A stretch of DNA of 63,176 nt, filler included, from Halorussus marinus (GCF_004765795.1; 4 parts of 4 records of this genome joined end to end with filler, not necessarily neighbours in it), one strand, 5' to 3'; shown: positions 1-9,844, counted from the whole stretch's first letter. Notes: generated by a model not told the origin, from the sequence alone. Numbers and translations are program-made.

Positions 1-126
1 TTTGAGCAACCGGTACAACCTCCCCGATGAAGCGGGAGATTTGCGTCATGGTCAACGGAACTCTCCCGCTTCAACTCCTTTGATTTAGCGGCCTACCTCT
101 CTGCCGTATGGCGATTCAACACAGCC
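1..126 (-). mobile_element. Left end of an IS5-family (ISH1/ISH9-like group) insertion sequence, partial
   Basis: Minus strand starts with terminal repeat GGCTGTGTTGAATCGC, also seen at 27479 and 49410. ATG at 49 opens a transposase N-terminus MTQISRFIGEVVPVAQ. Identical to 49306-49410. Confidence 0.85.
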
Positions 127-334
127 TCTCGGGTTGAAGGAAGGGGACCCACGTCCCGTAGCAGGTCGGCCAATCGGGACAGGAAAGTCCAGCACCGATT
201 GCACTGGTGTAGGCTCCAAGAAGCATCACAATATACGTCACTAGTAGCGTCAAACTGGCGATATGCCTGTACTCGACCGGAATCCTTGAAATCGCGGTTC
301 GTATATCGTGCCTGCGGAGTCGGGCTTGAGACAT
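127..334 (-). pseudogene. ctaA: Heme A synthase (COX15/CtaA family) 5' fragment, truncated by the IS
   Basis: LLGAYTSAIGAGLSCPDWPTCYG matches the CtaA N-terminal GxxCxDWPxC motif; the frame runs into the IS end at 126. Confidence 0.8.
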
Positions 335-506
335 AATATTGGGTAGGGACGTTGACTTGCGGTGTGACGAGTTGATGTCTTGGAGACAAAGTGTTAAGCC
401 GGATTCCCAGCGAGTGGGACACCGCCTGCTATTCATTGAGGAGCCGTCTCATGATACTGTTAAGAAGACACACGGTTTGTAGGGAAAACCCCTATATGCC
501 AATAGT

Positions 507-1469
507 ATGATGGCTCAAGAACATACCCAGGAACGGTCAATAGATGAACGCGACCGCGAGGTGAAGTCTGCCAACGACAACATCTGTCCCGAGTGTCAGG
601 GTCATATTACACGGACTAGCGACAGCGGTGAGGCGACCTGCGAAAGCTGTGGGTTGGTTTTTGAAGATAATCCAATCGACCACGGTCCTGAGTGGCGTGC
701 GTTCACTTCAGAGGAACGCGATGAAAAGAGTCGGGTCGGGGCTCCGACGACGCAGCTGATGCACGATAAGGGTCTGAGTACGACTATCGGCTGGCAGGAC
801 AAGGATGCCTACGGACAGGCTGTCTCTGGTCGCAAACGTGCTCAATTACAGCGCCTCCGGACGTGGGACGAGCGGTTCCGTACGAAGGATGCTCACGAGC
901 GGAATCTCAAGCAAGCGCTCGGGGAGATCAGCCGCATGGCGTCCGCTCTGGGACTTCCTGAATCGGTTCGGGAAACTGCAGGCGTCCTGTACCGGCGTGC
1001 TGTGGAGCAGAACCTGCTCCCCGGTCGCTCGATCGAGGGTATGTCGACGGCGTCGTTGTATGCGGCTGCTCGACAGCACGGAATGCCACGGCCGCTGACG
1101 GAGTTCGCCGATGTCAGCCGTGTCGAGAAAATCCGGATCCAGCGAGCGTACCGATATCTGTCCCGAGAACTTGGGCTGGAGATCGAGCCGGAGGATCCCA
1201 TGCAATATATTCCACAATTCGCGTCATCGCTCGACGTGAGCGACGAAGCAGAACGGCGCTCTCGAGAACTGCTTGAGGTAGCTACAGATAATGCCGTCCA
1301 CAGTGGAAAGAGTCCAGCCGGGTTGGCGGCTGCCGCTCTGTATGCTGCGACCCACCTCACGAACGAACAGCTCACACAGGAGACGGTGAGTGAGGTCGCC
1401 CACGTCAGTCGAGTCACGATCCGAAATCGATACCAAGAGCTTCTCGAGGTGTACGCGCAGTATGACTGA
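507..1469 (+). CDS. tfb: Transcription initiation factor IIB (accessory paralog)
   Basis: Zn ribbon CPEC..CESC, IDHGPEWRAF, HDKGLSTTIGW, two cyclin repeats, VTIRNRY C-terminus. Confidence 0.97.
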   Translation: MMAQEHTQERSIDERDREVKSANDNICPECQGHITRTSDSGEATCESCGLVFEDNPIDHGPEWRAFTSEERDEKSRVGAPTTQLMHDKGLSTTIGWQDKDAYGQAVSGRKRAQLQRLRTWDERFRTKDAHERNLKQALGEISRMASALGLPESVRETAGVLYRRAVEQNLLPGRSIEGMSTASLYAAARQHGMPRPLTEFADVSRVEKIRIQRAYRYLSRELGLEIEPEDPMQYIPQFASSLDVSDEAERRSRELLEVATDNAVHSGKSPAGLAAAALYAATHLTNEQLTQETVSEVAHVSRVTIRNRYQELLEVYAQYD

Positions 1470-1529
1470 CCGGATAGCCCCTGCCGGGCGAAATCCAGCT
1501 ACTGAGTGGGTCATGATACGATATTTACC

Positions 1530-1757
1530 ATGAGCGAGTTCTCAATACAGACCGAGGTCGAGATATTGGAGCTGCTCGTTGATGAGTCACCGTGCCATGT
1601 GATGGAGATCACTAACGCCGTCGATGGACACCCGATCACCATTGACCAAACGTGTGCTCACCTCCATAGTGAGGGCTGTATTGTTCCACTGGGGAGGGGT
1701 CTCTACGAGATCACAGACGCAGGCGAACAACGACTCGAAATTCAGCACGATTCATAA
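1530..1757 (+). CDS. Small winged-helix protein
   Basis: ILELL..HTH-like region and GLYEITDAG wing motif. Confidence 0.65.
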   Translation: MSEFSIQTEVEILELLVDESPCHVMEITNAVDGHPITIDQTCAHLHSEGCIVPLGRGLYEITDAGEQRLEIQHDS

Positions 1758-1897
1758 TTGTGTCACCATGTCTCCCCTCTTTCGATGGATCGACCGTCAT
1801 GACTCTGGAACCACGATCCCGACTGAGTTCGTGGGACCAATGGGATGCCTCTCCAGCAATCGGACACCATATCCCGAGGACCACGTATTATCGAATA

Positions 1898-2275
1898 ATG
1901 GGAGATGATTCAGTGTCGTCCGAGGACACTCCGGAGGTACAGGATGTCCTTGATGCGCTGGATGATCCCGCGTGTCGGGCTATTCTCCAGGAAACTATCG
2001 AACCAATGACTGCGAACGAACTCCTCGACGCATGTGACATCCCCAAGTCGACGCTGTATCGAAAATTAGAACTCCTCAGTTCCGCTTCCCTCGTTCGAGA
2101 ACAGGAGACGATCAACCCCGGAGGTGGACGGGTTACCTACTACGAGCGGTCGTTCGAGGACGTCACGATCTCTATGGACGACACAGGTACGTTTTCGGTG
2201 AGCGTCGATCGGCCGCCGAAATCTACAGACGAACGGCTTGCAGATATCTGGTCGATGATGGGGGACGAAGTATGA
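1898..2275 (+). CDS. ArsR-like winged-helix regulator
   Basis: VLDALDDPACRAIL...ACDIPKSTLYRKLELL; overlaps the next gene (ATGA). Confidence 0.85.
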   Translation: MGDDSVSSEDTPEVQDVLDALDDPACRAILQETIEPMTANELLDACDIPKSTLYRKLELLSSASLVREQETINPGGGRVTYYERSFEDVTISMDDTGTFSVSVDRPPKSTDERLADIWSMMGDEV

Positions 2276-2550
2276 ACGGCGTCATCACGGCGATTGCAGT
2301 CGTCAAGTTCGTAATCCTGCTTCTCGGTGGCGGGATTACCTATATTGCATTTAAAGCCTATCGACGTACGGGTGCGGATTCGCTACGTGTCCTTGGTGTC
2401 GGGTTCGGTATCATCACACTCGGGGCAATTCTAACTGGCGTGGCCAACCAGTTCTTTTCTGTCGGATTGGCCCTCGGCGTGCTCATCAACAGCCTGTTCG
2501 TCGCCCTTGGCCTCGCGGTCATCATGTACTCGCTGTATATCCAGAAATGA
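2272..2550 (+). CDS. Small 3-TM membrane protein coupled to the HTH gene
   Basis: Three hydrophobic helices, AFKAYRRTG motif; translationally coupled on both sides. Confidence 0.8.
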   Translation: MNGVITAIAVVKFVILLLGGGITYIAFKAYRRTGADSLRVLGVGFGIITLGAILTGVANQFFSVGLALGVLINSLFVALGLAVIMYSLYIQK

Positions 2551-3869
2551 ACCCCGTTCCGAATGTTGCCGTTCCTGATCTCCGTCGGGGTAGCTACCTA
2601 ATCCTTTTCGGCGTTGTTCTGTTCGTTCTCACGCTTGTTAGCAGTGCAATGCTCGCCCCTGCGATTGGGACGGCTTCGGAGACAGACCAGACGTCCCGAA
2701 CCTTGGTCGGGTCTCAGGGGGGTGGCCCAGGCTGGCACGAATACGGCAGCGTCTATCTTCTCAACGGGACGAACACTACCTGGCGTGAATCGAGTGCTGA
2801 TAGCTATTTTGACGTCACACAAACGGAGAACGGAACAGTGTTAGCCGGGTTCATGGACAGCGGGTACGCTTCGTGCGGACCGTACGAGTCTCCCTGTACC
2901 CGAACGGGATTCCGAGTCATTGACCCCGGGAAAGACCTGCAGGTGGTTTCGGAGTATAGCTTCCCGGTGCGAACGAACAAGAACAGCGAAGTCCACGATG
3001 TCGAACGACTCGAATCGGGAGAATACTTGGTCACCGATATGGAGTACGAGCGTATCTTTACTGTCAAGAACGGCGAAGTCACGTGGCAGTGGAATGCGAG
3101 TTCGTTCTACGACGCCCCACAAGATCCGACGACGACCGACTGGCTGCACATCAACGACGTGGACGTCATCGGCTCTGGGCGCTATCTCGTCTCAGTACGG
3201 AATGCCAACCAGCTACTCGTTATCGAGCGCGGCGAGGGCGTCGTTGAGGTTATCAATGAGGATACGACCGATTCGAACGATGCCAATTGCCGGAAATCCG
3301 GCCAGTTGAACGACTATGACAATGATGGCGATATTCGATGCGGTGACCCCGACGTGCTCAACCACCAGCACAACCCCCAGTGGCTCGGGGATGGTGCCGT
3401 CCTCGTTGCCGACAGCGAGAACGACCGAGTCGTGGAACTGCATCGAACGGAGGGCGGTAAATGGGAGCCAGCGTGGGCTCTTGATCGGGCAGCGGGTGTC
3501 GAGCTCGATTGGCCCCGGGATGCGGATCGCCTCCCGAACGGAAACACGCTTATCACCGACACGCTCAACCGGCGACTCGTAGAGGTCGACGAATCCGGGA
3601 CTGTCGTCTGGAGCGTTCGAACAGAGCGTATCCCATACGAAGCCGACCGACTGCCCTACGGTGAGTCTGTCGGAGCCCCGAAGTACACGACTAACGGAAG
3701 CAGCGTCGACAGCCCTGACGCCGGCGTGCCGGTTCTCTCACTACTGCTGGTCGGGCTTCGGGCAGTCGTTCCGTCAACGCCATTCTGGTTCCGGGAACCA
3801 CAACTTGGACTGACGCTTGTCTCTACACTCCTCATTGTCGTCGGCGGAGTTGATCGTATTCGTAACTAA
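2547..3869 (+). CDS. Arylsulfotransferase (ASST)-like beta-propeller protein, membrane anchored
   Basis: DWLHINDVD, HQHNP, WPRDADRLPNGNTLITD motifs; N- and C-terminal TM segments. Confidence 0.8.
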   Translation: MNPVPNVAVPDLRRGSYLILFGVVLFVLTLVSSAMLAPAIGTASETDQTSRTLVGSQGGGPGWHEYGSVYLLNGTNTTWRESSADSYFDVTQTENGTVLAGFMDSGYASCGPYESPCTRTGFRVIDPGKDLQVVSEYSFPVRTNKNSEVHDVERLESGEYLVTDMEYERIFTVKNGEVTWQWNASSFYDAPQDPTTTDWLHINDVDVIGSGRYLVSVRNANQLLVIERGEGVVEVINEDTTDSNDANCRKSGQLNDYDNDGDIRCGDPDVLNHQHNPQWLGDGAVLVADSENDRVVELHRTEGGKWEPAWALDRAAGVELDWPRDADRLPNGNTLITDTLNRRLVEVDESGTVVWSVRTERIPYEADRLPYGESVGAPKYTTNGSSVDSPDAGVPVLSLLLVGLRAVVPSTPFWFREPQLGLTLVSTLLIVVGGVDRIRN

Positions 3870-4273
3870 ATTTCCTCTCGAAGCCAGTCGAGAGCTCGCT
3901 CGCGTTTCTTGATGTCGAAATATCGCATTTCGTTGGGGGCGACTGGCCAGATCGGTCGGATTGCATACCACCAGTCGAACAGGAGTTTTGCCCATCGTGT
4001 ATCGCCGACTGCGGCGTACCGGTCGATATCGAACTCAGGGCCGTACCGGAGATCGGGAACCACCCCGTGGAGGTGTGTGAGAAACGCCCTGAACGTCCAG
4101 TTCGGAACTTCCTCGTACACGTGGATGTACCCGTGCTTATCGCTCTTTTCGACGAGGAGTGAGTACAGCTCTTGATAGCCTGTTCGCGTGCCCTTCCCGA
4201 CGCGAATCGCAATGAGGTTCTCGTTCGTCTCGTCCAACACCTCGAACATTTGATCGGGTGCTGTGTGGGACAT
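3866..4273 (-). CDS. SpoIIAA-like (STAS/SEC14) domain protein
   Basis: RYAAVGD..W and MRYF....RERALDWL pattern. Confidence 0.75.
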   Translation of the reverse strand: MSHTAPDQMFEVLDETNENLIAIRVGKGTRTGYQELYSLLVEKSDKHGYIHVYEEVPNWTFRAFLTHLHGVVPDLRYGPEFDIDRYAAVGDTRWAKLLFDWWYAIRPIWPVAPNEMRYFDIKKRERALDWLREEI

Positions 4274-4275
4274 CG

Positions 4276-5211
4276 TTAGTGGGAGTGATTCGTCGTACCG
4301 ACAGGGTCAGTATCGGGATCGGTACGCCCGACGAGCTCCACGGTTGCGTGGTCGATTCCTCGATTCGTGAGATAGTCGTGAACCCGTGACTGGATTCTCC
4401 GTTGCTCCTCGAGTGTGGTCGACGTATCTGTCAGTCGGACGGTTGCGACGGTGAGTTGACTACAGACTTGCCAGACGTGGAGATCCTCAATCTGGTCGAC
4501 GCCATCGAGTGTCGTCAATTCATCCCGGAGTTCTTCGGACGACACCGGGCTCCGTTCCAACAGGATCGAGGTGCTTTCCCGGAGGACGTTCCCGGCCGAC
4601 GCGAGCACCAGCAGCCCAATGAGTACGGCCGCCACAGGGTCTGCGATGGGGAGATCGAACACTGCGACGGCGGCGGTCGAGACGATTACCGCAACAGAGC
4701 CACCGGCGTCACCGAGCAGGTGGTAGAACGCCCCGCGCTCGTTGAGACTCATCTCACCACCCTGCAACACGTACACGGAGCCGATGTTTACCAGCAGGCC
4801 ACCCGTAGCGATGATCAGCGTCAACTCGGGATTGATCGCCACTGGCTCAAGGAACCGCTGGTAGGACTCCCAGACGATGTATCCGACCATTGGAAGGAGC
4901 AAGACGCCGTTCAGGAAGGCCGCAACCGGCTCCAGTCGGTGGAGACCGTACGACCACGCCTCGCCACCCTCGAACCGTTCGGCGGTGTAGCTCGCGCCGA
5001 ACGCCATCGCGTACGCCAGCATATCGAACAGCATGTGGAGTGCGTCGCTGATAAGCGCGACCGACCCGAACAGGAGTCCACCAGCCAGTTCGATGACGAA
5101 TCCAAAGAAATTGACGACCGCGACGAGCGCAAGCCGACGCGTACTGCCACTTGATTTAGACGGGAGGTTGTGCTCTGCGGTCTCCTCATCAGTATGCTCG
5201 TGAAGGGTCAT
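4276..5211 (-). CDS. Cation diffusion facilitator (CzcD/ZitB-like Zn/Co/Cd exporter)
   Basis: SVALISDALHMLFD, YGLHRLE, HLLGD, DLHVW motifs; multiple TM helices. Confidence 0.95.
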   Translation of the reverse strand: MTLHEHTDEETAEHNLPSKSSGSTRRLALVAVVNFFGFVIELAGGLLFGSVALISDALHMLFDMLAYAMAFGASYTAERFEGGEAWSYGLHRLEPVAAFLNGVLLLPMVGYIVWESYQRFLEPVAINPELTLIIATGGLLVNIGSVYVLQGGEMSLNERGAFYHLLGDAGGSVAVIVSTAAVAVFDLPIADPVAAVLIGLLVLASAGNVLRESTSILLERSPVSSEELRDELTTLDGVDQIEDLHVWQVCSQLTVATVRLTDTSTTLEEQRRIQSRVHDYLTNRGIDHATVELVGRTDPDTDPVGTTNHSH

Positions 5212-5232
5212 AAGTTCACATTAGAGGGGGTT

Positions 5233-5670
5233 CTATTTCGAATCTGAGGATTCCGGTTGTTCCTGGGTAGATTCCTGGGCCCCGTCTTCACTCGTCACCA
5301 TCGAATCCTGCGCCGTTGATTCAGTGCTATCCGAAGAGGTAATCTCCTCATCGGCTCCCTCCGGTTCTGGTTTGGACCGCTCCGATTCTTCGGAGAGTGA
5401 TGTATCTTGGGCGGAGGAGCCCGCGAAATCGAGCGGACGAAGCCAGATGAACCAAACCACAAATACGGTTGTGCCATAGCCGACGATCCACACGAGGTCA
5501 GCAACTGCAGAGAGGTTCGCCTGTTCGAAGGTGTATACCAACAAACCGGGCCCGATGAGCCCAATGAGCACAACGAGGACGGCAAACTGCGGAGACGAGA
5601 GTCCGAACGGGTATCGTTGCTGATCTGCCTCCGTATGGGATGTTGCGTTTCCCTCATTCTCTGCACCCAT
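5233..5670 (-). CDS. Hypothetical 2-TM protein with acidic tail
   Basis: Two hydrophobic segments; starts 2 nt after the ATPase stop. Confidence 0.7.
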   Translation of the reverse strand: MGAENEGNATSHTEADQQRYPFGLSSPQFAVLVVLIGLIGPGLLVYTFEQANLSAVADLVWIVGYGTTVFVVWFIWLRPLDFAGSSAQDTSLSEESERSKPEPEGADEEITSSDSTESTAQDSMVTSEDGAQESTQEQPESSDSK

Positions 5671-5671
5671 C

Positions 5672-8359
5672 TTACCCCTCCGAAGCGCTGGTTTCGGTGT
5701 CTGTCTCCGGCGTGATTCGAGAGAGTCGCATCGCGTTCCCGGTGACGGCCGTCGTCATTCCGGCATCGCCAGCGAGGACGGCGAGCCAGATCGGGACGTA
5801 TCCGAACGGGACTGCGACTGCCAGCCCGGCTTTGACAGCGAGACTCGACCAGATGTTCTGTCGGATGACCCCGTTCGCATCGTGTGCGAGTTCGTAGAGG
5901 TACGGGAGCTTTGCGAGGTCATCACCCATCAAGGCGATGTCGGCGGTCTCCAATGCGGTATCAGTCCCGGCAGCCCCCATCGCCACGCCGACTGTGGCGG
6001 TGGCGAGCGCCGGTGCGTCGTTGATGCCGTCACCGACCATCGCAACGCCGTCGTACTCCTCGACGAGCTCCTCGATCGCCGTCACCTTGTCCTCGGGGAG
6101 TAATTCGGCCTGGTACTCGTCGACGCCGACCTGTTCGGCGATCGCGCGGGCAGTCCGCTCATTGTCACCCGTCAGCATCACCGTTCGGGAGACGCCGAGT
6201 TGCTTGAGTCGCGTCACTGTTCGCTTCGCTTCGGGTCGGATCTCGTCGGCGACTGCGATGACGCCTTCGAGTTCGTCTTCGGTTCCAACGAGGACAACGG
6301 TCTTCCCTTCTGCTTGGAGTTCGGGAACGGTCTCGTCGAGAAGGTCGAGGCAGTTGTTCCGGTCGCATATCTGCCGAGCTGTCTGGGTGACGACACCGCC
6401 GTCAGTGGTCGCGTGGACGTGTGATAGGTCGAATCCCAGCTCCTCGAACAGCCCCGGCTTGCCAGCGAAGTGGGGCGTCCCGTCGAGGTCGGCCCGGACG
6501 CCCTTGCCGGTGATGCTCTCGAAATCATCGATCTCGCGCTCGGCGACTCCCATGCTGCCGGCCTCAGCGACGATCGCCTCGCCGATGGGATGTTCGCTCC
6601 GTTGTTCGAGCCCGCGGGCACACCGGAGGACGTCTTCCTCCGAATTTTCGTTTAATGGAACGACGTCAGTGACGGTGAGCTCACCTTTCGTGAGCGTCCC
6701 CGTTTTGTCGAAGGCGACGACGTCGACGGCCCCCATCGCTTCGAGGTGGTTGCCGCCCTTGATCAGGACGCCGTTCTTCGCGGCGCTCGTAATTCCCGAC
6801 ACGACGGACACGGGTGTCGAGATGACGAACGCACACGGGCAGGCCAGTACCAGTAACGTCAACCCGTAGACGACGGCCGTGGGCCAGGTCGTGCCGAGAA
6901 CGTACGGGCTTCCCACCGTCGTCAAAATGGCGAAGGCAACGACGACTGGCGTGTAGTACGTTGAGAAGCGTTCGACGAATTGCTCGCGCTCGGTCTTGTT
7001 CGACTGGGCATCCTCGACCATCTCCACGATTCGCGAGAGCGTGTTATCACCGGCTTCAGAGGTAACCTCTACCTCAAGATAGCCCTCTTCGTTGATCGTG
7101 CCGGCGTATACCTCATCTCCCATCGTCTTGTCGACGGGTACGCTTTCGCCTGTGATGGGTGCCTGATTGACGGCGCTTTCACCGTCGACGACGGTTCCGT
7201 CCATCGGGATCTTCTCCCCCGGTTTGACGACGACCACGTCGCCGACAGCGACCTCGTCGACAGGAACTGTCTCCGTGGTATCGTCCCGTTTGACGGTTGC
7301 CTCATCCGGTGAGAGGTCCATCAACTCCCGGAGCGAGTTCCGAGCGCGATCCATCGAGTACCGCTCCAGCAGCTCGGCGATACTGAACAGGAACGCGAGG
7401 GTGGCCGCCTCGAAGTAGAGCGCCTCACCGAAGGCGAGGCTCGCAACGAGTGCTCCGAGGATAGCCACCGACATCAGGAAGTCGATATCGAGGTTCAGAT
7501 TCCGAGCGGAGTAGTAGCCGTTGCGGAAGATCTCCTGACCACCGGACGCGACGGCAACGAGGAACAGTACGTCGGCGACGAGCAGCTCCGTTCCGAGAAG
7601 GCTTGCAAGCTGTACATTCTGCCCGGTCAGGAAGAACTCGAAGAGCAAGCCGAGAGCGACGAATCCACCGCTGATCCACGTCTTGAGTGCTCGTGGACTC
7701 GTCCAGATGCTCTCGCGTTCCTCAGTCGGGTCCTGCCGTCCTGATTCGTCGCTCGACGTGTCTGTAACCTTGTACCCGGCACGTTCGATAGCGCCGATGA
7801 TATCGGCTTCTCCAGTCCTCGAAGAATCGTACGTGACGACGACGGTTCCGGTCGTCGGCTGGGTTTCGAATGTTGTAATTCCCTCGACCCTCTCGAGAGC
7901 GTTCTCGATTTTGCCAGCACACGACGGGCAATCCATTTCCGGAACCGTGAATTTCGAGGACACTTCGCCGGTGTCCTCCACGGTGTACCCGGCCTTTTCG
8001 ACCCGATTAGCAATCGCGGTGGCACTCGTTTGTTCGCCGTCGTATGAAACGGTCAGCGTCCCTTTCGTCACTTGCGGGTCGACGCTGCGGATTCCGTCCA
8101 GTTTTTCGACGCTGTTCTCTACCTTTCCTGCACAGGATGGACAATCCATCTCCGGGACCGCGAATTGTGCAACGTCCCCTTGGTCTATGGGTGGAGAAAC
8201 GTCGTCGACGCCCTGTTCTGTGTGTTGGGCGTGTTCGTGATCACTGTGGTCGTGGTCATGCGTGTGACTATGCTCGTGGGACCCTTCTTCGTGTTCGTGG
8301 GCGCGATCCGGTGGCTCACCACTCCTGTTGTGGGAATCGTCGTCGGGGGAGGTCATCAC
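5672..8359 (-). CDS. cadA: Heavy-metal P1B-type ATPase (ZntA/CadA-like)
   Basis: His-rich N-terminus, two EMDCPSC HMA domains, TGES, CPC, DKTGT, SEHP, GDGINDAP. Confidence 0.95.
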   Translation of the reverse strand: MMTSPDDDSHNRSGEPPDRAHEHEEGSHEHSHTHDHDHSDHEHAQHTEQGVDDVSPPIDQGDVAQFAVPEMDCPSCAGKVENSVEKLDGIRSVDPQVTKGTLTVSYDGEQTSATAIANRVEKAGYTVEDTGEVSSKFTVPEMDCPSCAGKIENALERVEGITTFETQPTTGTVVVTYDSSRTGEADIIGAIERAGYKVTDTSSDESGRQDPTEERESIWTSPRALKTWISGGFVALGLLFEFFLTGQNVQLASLLGTELLVADVLFLVAVASGGQEIFRNGYYSARNLNLDIDFLMSVAILGALVASLAFGEALYFEAATLAFLFSIAELLERYSMDRARNSLRELMDLSPDEATVKRDDTTETVPVDEVAVGDVVVVKPGEKIPMDGTVVDGESAVNQAPITGESVPVDKTMGDEVYAGTINEEGYLEVEVTSEAGDNTLSRIVEMVEDAQSNKTEREQFVERFSTYYTPVVVAFAILTTVGSPYVLGTTWPTAVVYGLTLLVLACPCAFVISTPVSVVSGITSAAKNGVLIKGGNHLEAMGAVDVVAFDKTGTLTKGELTVTDVVPLNENSEEDVLRCARGLEQRSEHPIGEAIVAEAGSMGVAEREIDDFESITGKGVRADLDGTPHFAGKPGLFEELGFDLSHVHATTDGGVVTQTARQICDRNNCLDLLDETVPELQAEGKTVVLVGTEDELEGVIAVADEIRPEAKRTVTRLKQLGVSRTVMLTGDNERTARAIAEQVGVDEYQAELLPEDKVTAIEELVEEYDGVAMVGDGINDAPALATATVGVAMGAAGTDTALETADIALMGDDLAKLPYLYELAHDANGVIRQNIWSSLAVKAGLAVAVPFGYVPIWLAVLAGDAGMTTAVTGNAMRLSRITPETDTETSASEG

Positions 8360-8482
8360 TCTCCCCTAGCCACTACACATTTATTAAATCGACTGCTATA
8401 AAACACCCATTTTCTGCCAATACCTAATAAATACTTTGCCCTATATTATTAACTCGGCCGTTGTCTCATCTCAAATGCAGAC

Positions 8483-8671
8483 CTAAGTATGGTTTGCTCG
8501 ATACTCACCGTGTTTGACCTCGAGGAAGAGCGTAAAGACTCCAAACACGACGAGGCCGACGCTCACCATCATGACTGTACTTTTGCTCGTCGGACTCATC
8601 ATCGTCCCACCAATTATGAGGGTGAGCAGGACCCCGAACGCGATTACCGTTTTCGTGTTATCGAATTCCAT
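8483..8671 (-). CDS. Small 2-TM membrane protein
   Basis: MEFDNTKT start, two TM helices, KHGEYRA C-terminal motif typical of a haloarchaeal small-protein family. Confidence 0.7.
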   Translation of the reverse strand: MEFDNTKTVIAFGVLLTLIIGGTMMSPTSKSTVMMVSVGLVVFGVFTLFLEVKHGEYRANHT

Positions 8672-8691
8672 CGATAGTTTGTTACTGAAAC

Positions 8692-9096
8692 TCAATCAGA
8701 TGTTGTTTCCGACGTCTCTGCTGTCGATACCGTTGCGCGGGTCTTCCTTCGAACGAAGCCTACCCAGACAAGTGCACCAACGAGACACAGGATACCAGCG
8801 ATCGCAATCGATTGACCGCGGATTGTCGTCCCGGTCTGGTTCTGTGTGATCAGCAAGATACCGATGCCGAAGAGGACGAATCCTTGAACACCTGCTGCTT
8901 TCGCTGGTTCAGTAATATACTCCGCCTCTGTGAGAATGCCAGCAACAGATCCGACGAACAACAACAGTCCCGCAACAGAGACAGGACGAAGGCCGAGAAC
9001 GACACCGACCTCCGAGAGAGCAAATCCAATAGCGACAAAGAGTGGCCATGGACTCGCTCCCGTGAAGGTTGAATCCGTGTCTTCGGAATCGCTCAT
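8692..9096 (-). CDS. Membrane protein resembling haloarchaeal cox-cluster proteins
   Basis: ASPWPLFVAIGFALSEVG motif; four hydrophobic helices. Confidence 0.7.
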   Translation of the reverse strand: MSDSEDTDSTFTGASPWPLFVAIGFALSEVGVVLGLRPVSVAGLLLFVGSVAGILTEAEYITEPAKAAGVQGFVLFGIGILLITQNQTGTTIRGQSIAIAGILCLVGALVWVGFVRRKTRATVSTAETSETTSD

Positions 9097-9306
9097 TATC
9101 TCGAGTTGAGCTTCACGATATAATAAATCGGCTGTTATTGATACCCCTATAGTTAATAGAAAATGGCTGTAATTCAGCCGTTAGTTAATATTGGTGCGGT
9201 ATAACCTCACAGTCTGAAGCTGGTAATACTGCTTAGTCCCGATTCTCCGCGCTATCCCATCTTACGGTCAAATGGTTTTATAGAGACGCTCTGCCTACTC
9301 TTTTTT

Positions 9307-9456
9307 ATGTGCATCTACTGCGACGCCTACGAAGAAGAGCGAGAAACGGAGAGTCAGTCTCCAGTCGAAGACAACCACTCTGAACAAAAGACTACTTCCA
9401 CGCTGTCAAAGGGAGCGTTTGGACAACTTCGTTCTTCGCTAGCAGATCTGTTGTAA
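9307..9456 (+). CDS. 49-aa small protein with N-terminal CxxC (not in ORF track)
   Basis: MCIYCDAYEEERE...ADLL*; TTTTATA box at 9276-9282 at leaderless-mRNA spacing. Confidence 0.5.
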   Translation: MCIYCDAYEEERETESQSPVEDNHSEQKTTSTLSKGAFGQLRSSLADLL

Positions 9457-9577
9457 CCGACCATTCTGGCCATTGATGACGCCACGTAGGTCGATACGCG
9501 AGCGGAGAAGTTCGAACGTCGAACCAGAACGGTTTCAACGCTGACTGGCCTACGGCCGAATAACAGCTTTCGAGAGT

Positions 9578-9844
9578 ATGTCATACGAAGGCACTACGGT
9601 TCCACGGCGTGACTCACCTGCAGGGGAGTGTGATTACTGTGGGCATCCGTTCCCGACGACCGACCGCCTCGTCCTCCACAAAGGCTTAGAACATCCCCAA
9701 GAGCTGGATGACGACGAGGAGGACGCATTCCTCTCTGCCCGAGCAGACGAAGAAGACGAGTTGCGTACACTCCGTCTGAAAGCGCTTGGAGCCCTCGTGC
9801 TCCTGTACTTCGGTCTTCTATTCATGTATGCTATCTTTGCCTGA
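9578..9844 (+). CDS. C2H2 zinc-finger protein with C-terminal TM helix
   Basis: CDYCGHPF....RLVLHKGLEH, then a hydrophobic C-terminus. Confidence 0.8.
   Translation: MSYEGTTVPRRDSPAGECDYCGHPFPTTDRLVLHKGLEHPQELDDDEEDAFLSARADEEDELRTLRLKALGALVLLYFGLLFMYAIFA

Noticed and set aside
4402..5154. Long antisense or alternate-frame ORFs (also 5937-6869, 13724-14476, 20393-21139, 26034-26813, 35222-36031)
   Set aside because: Shadows of well-supported genes in GC-rich DNA, with non-halophilic composition and no motifs.
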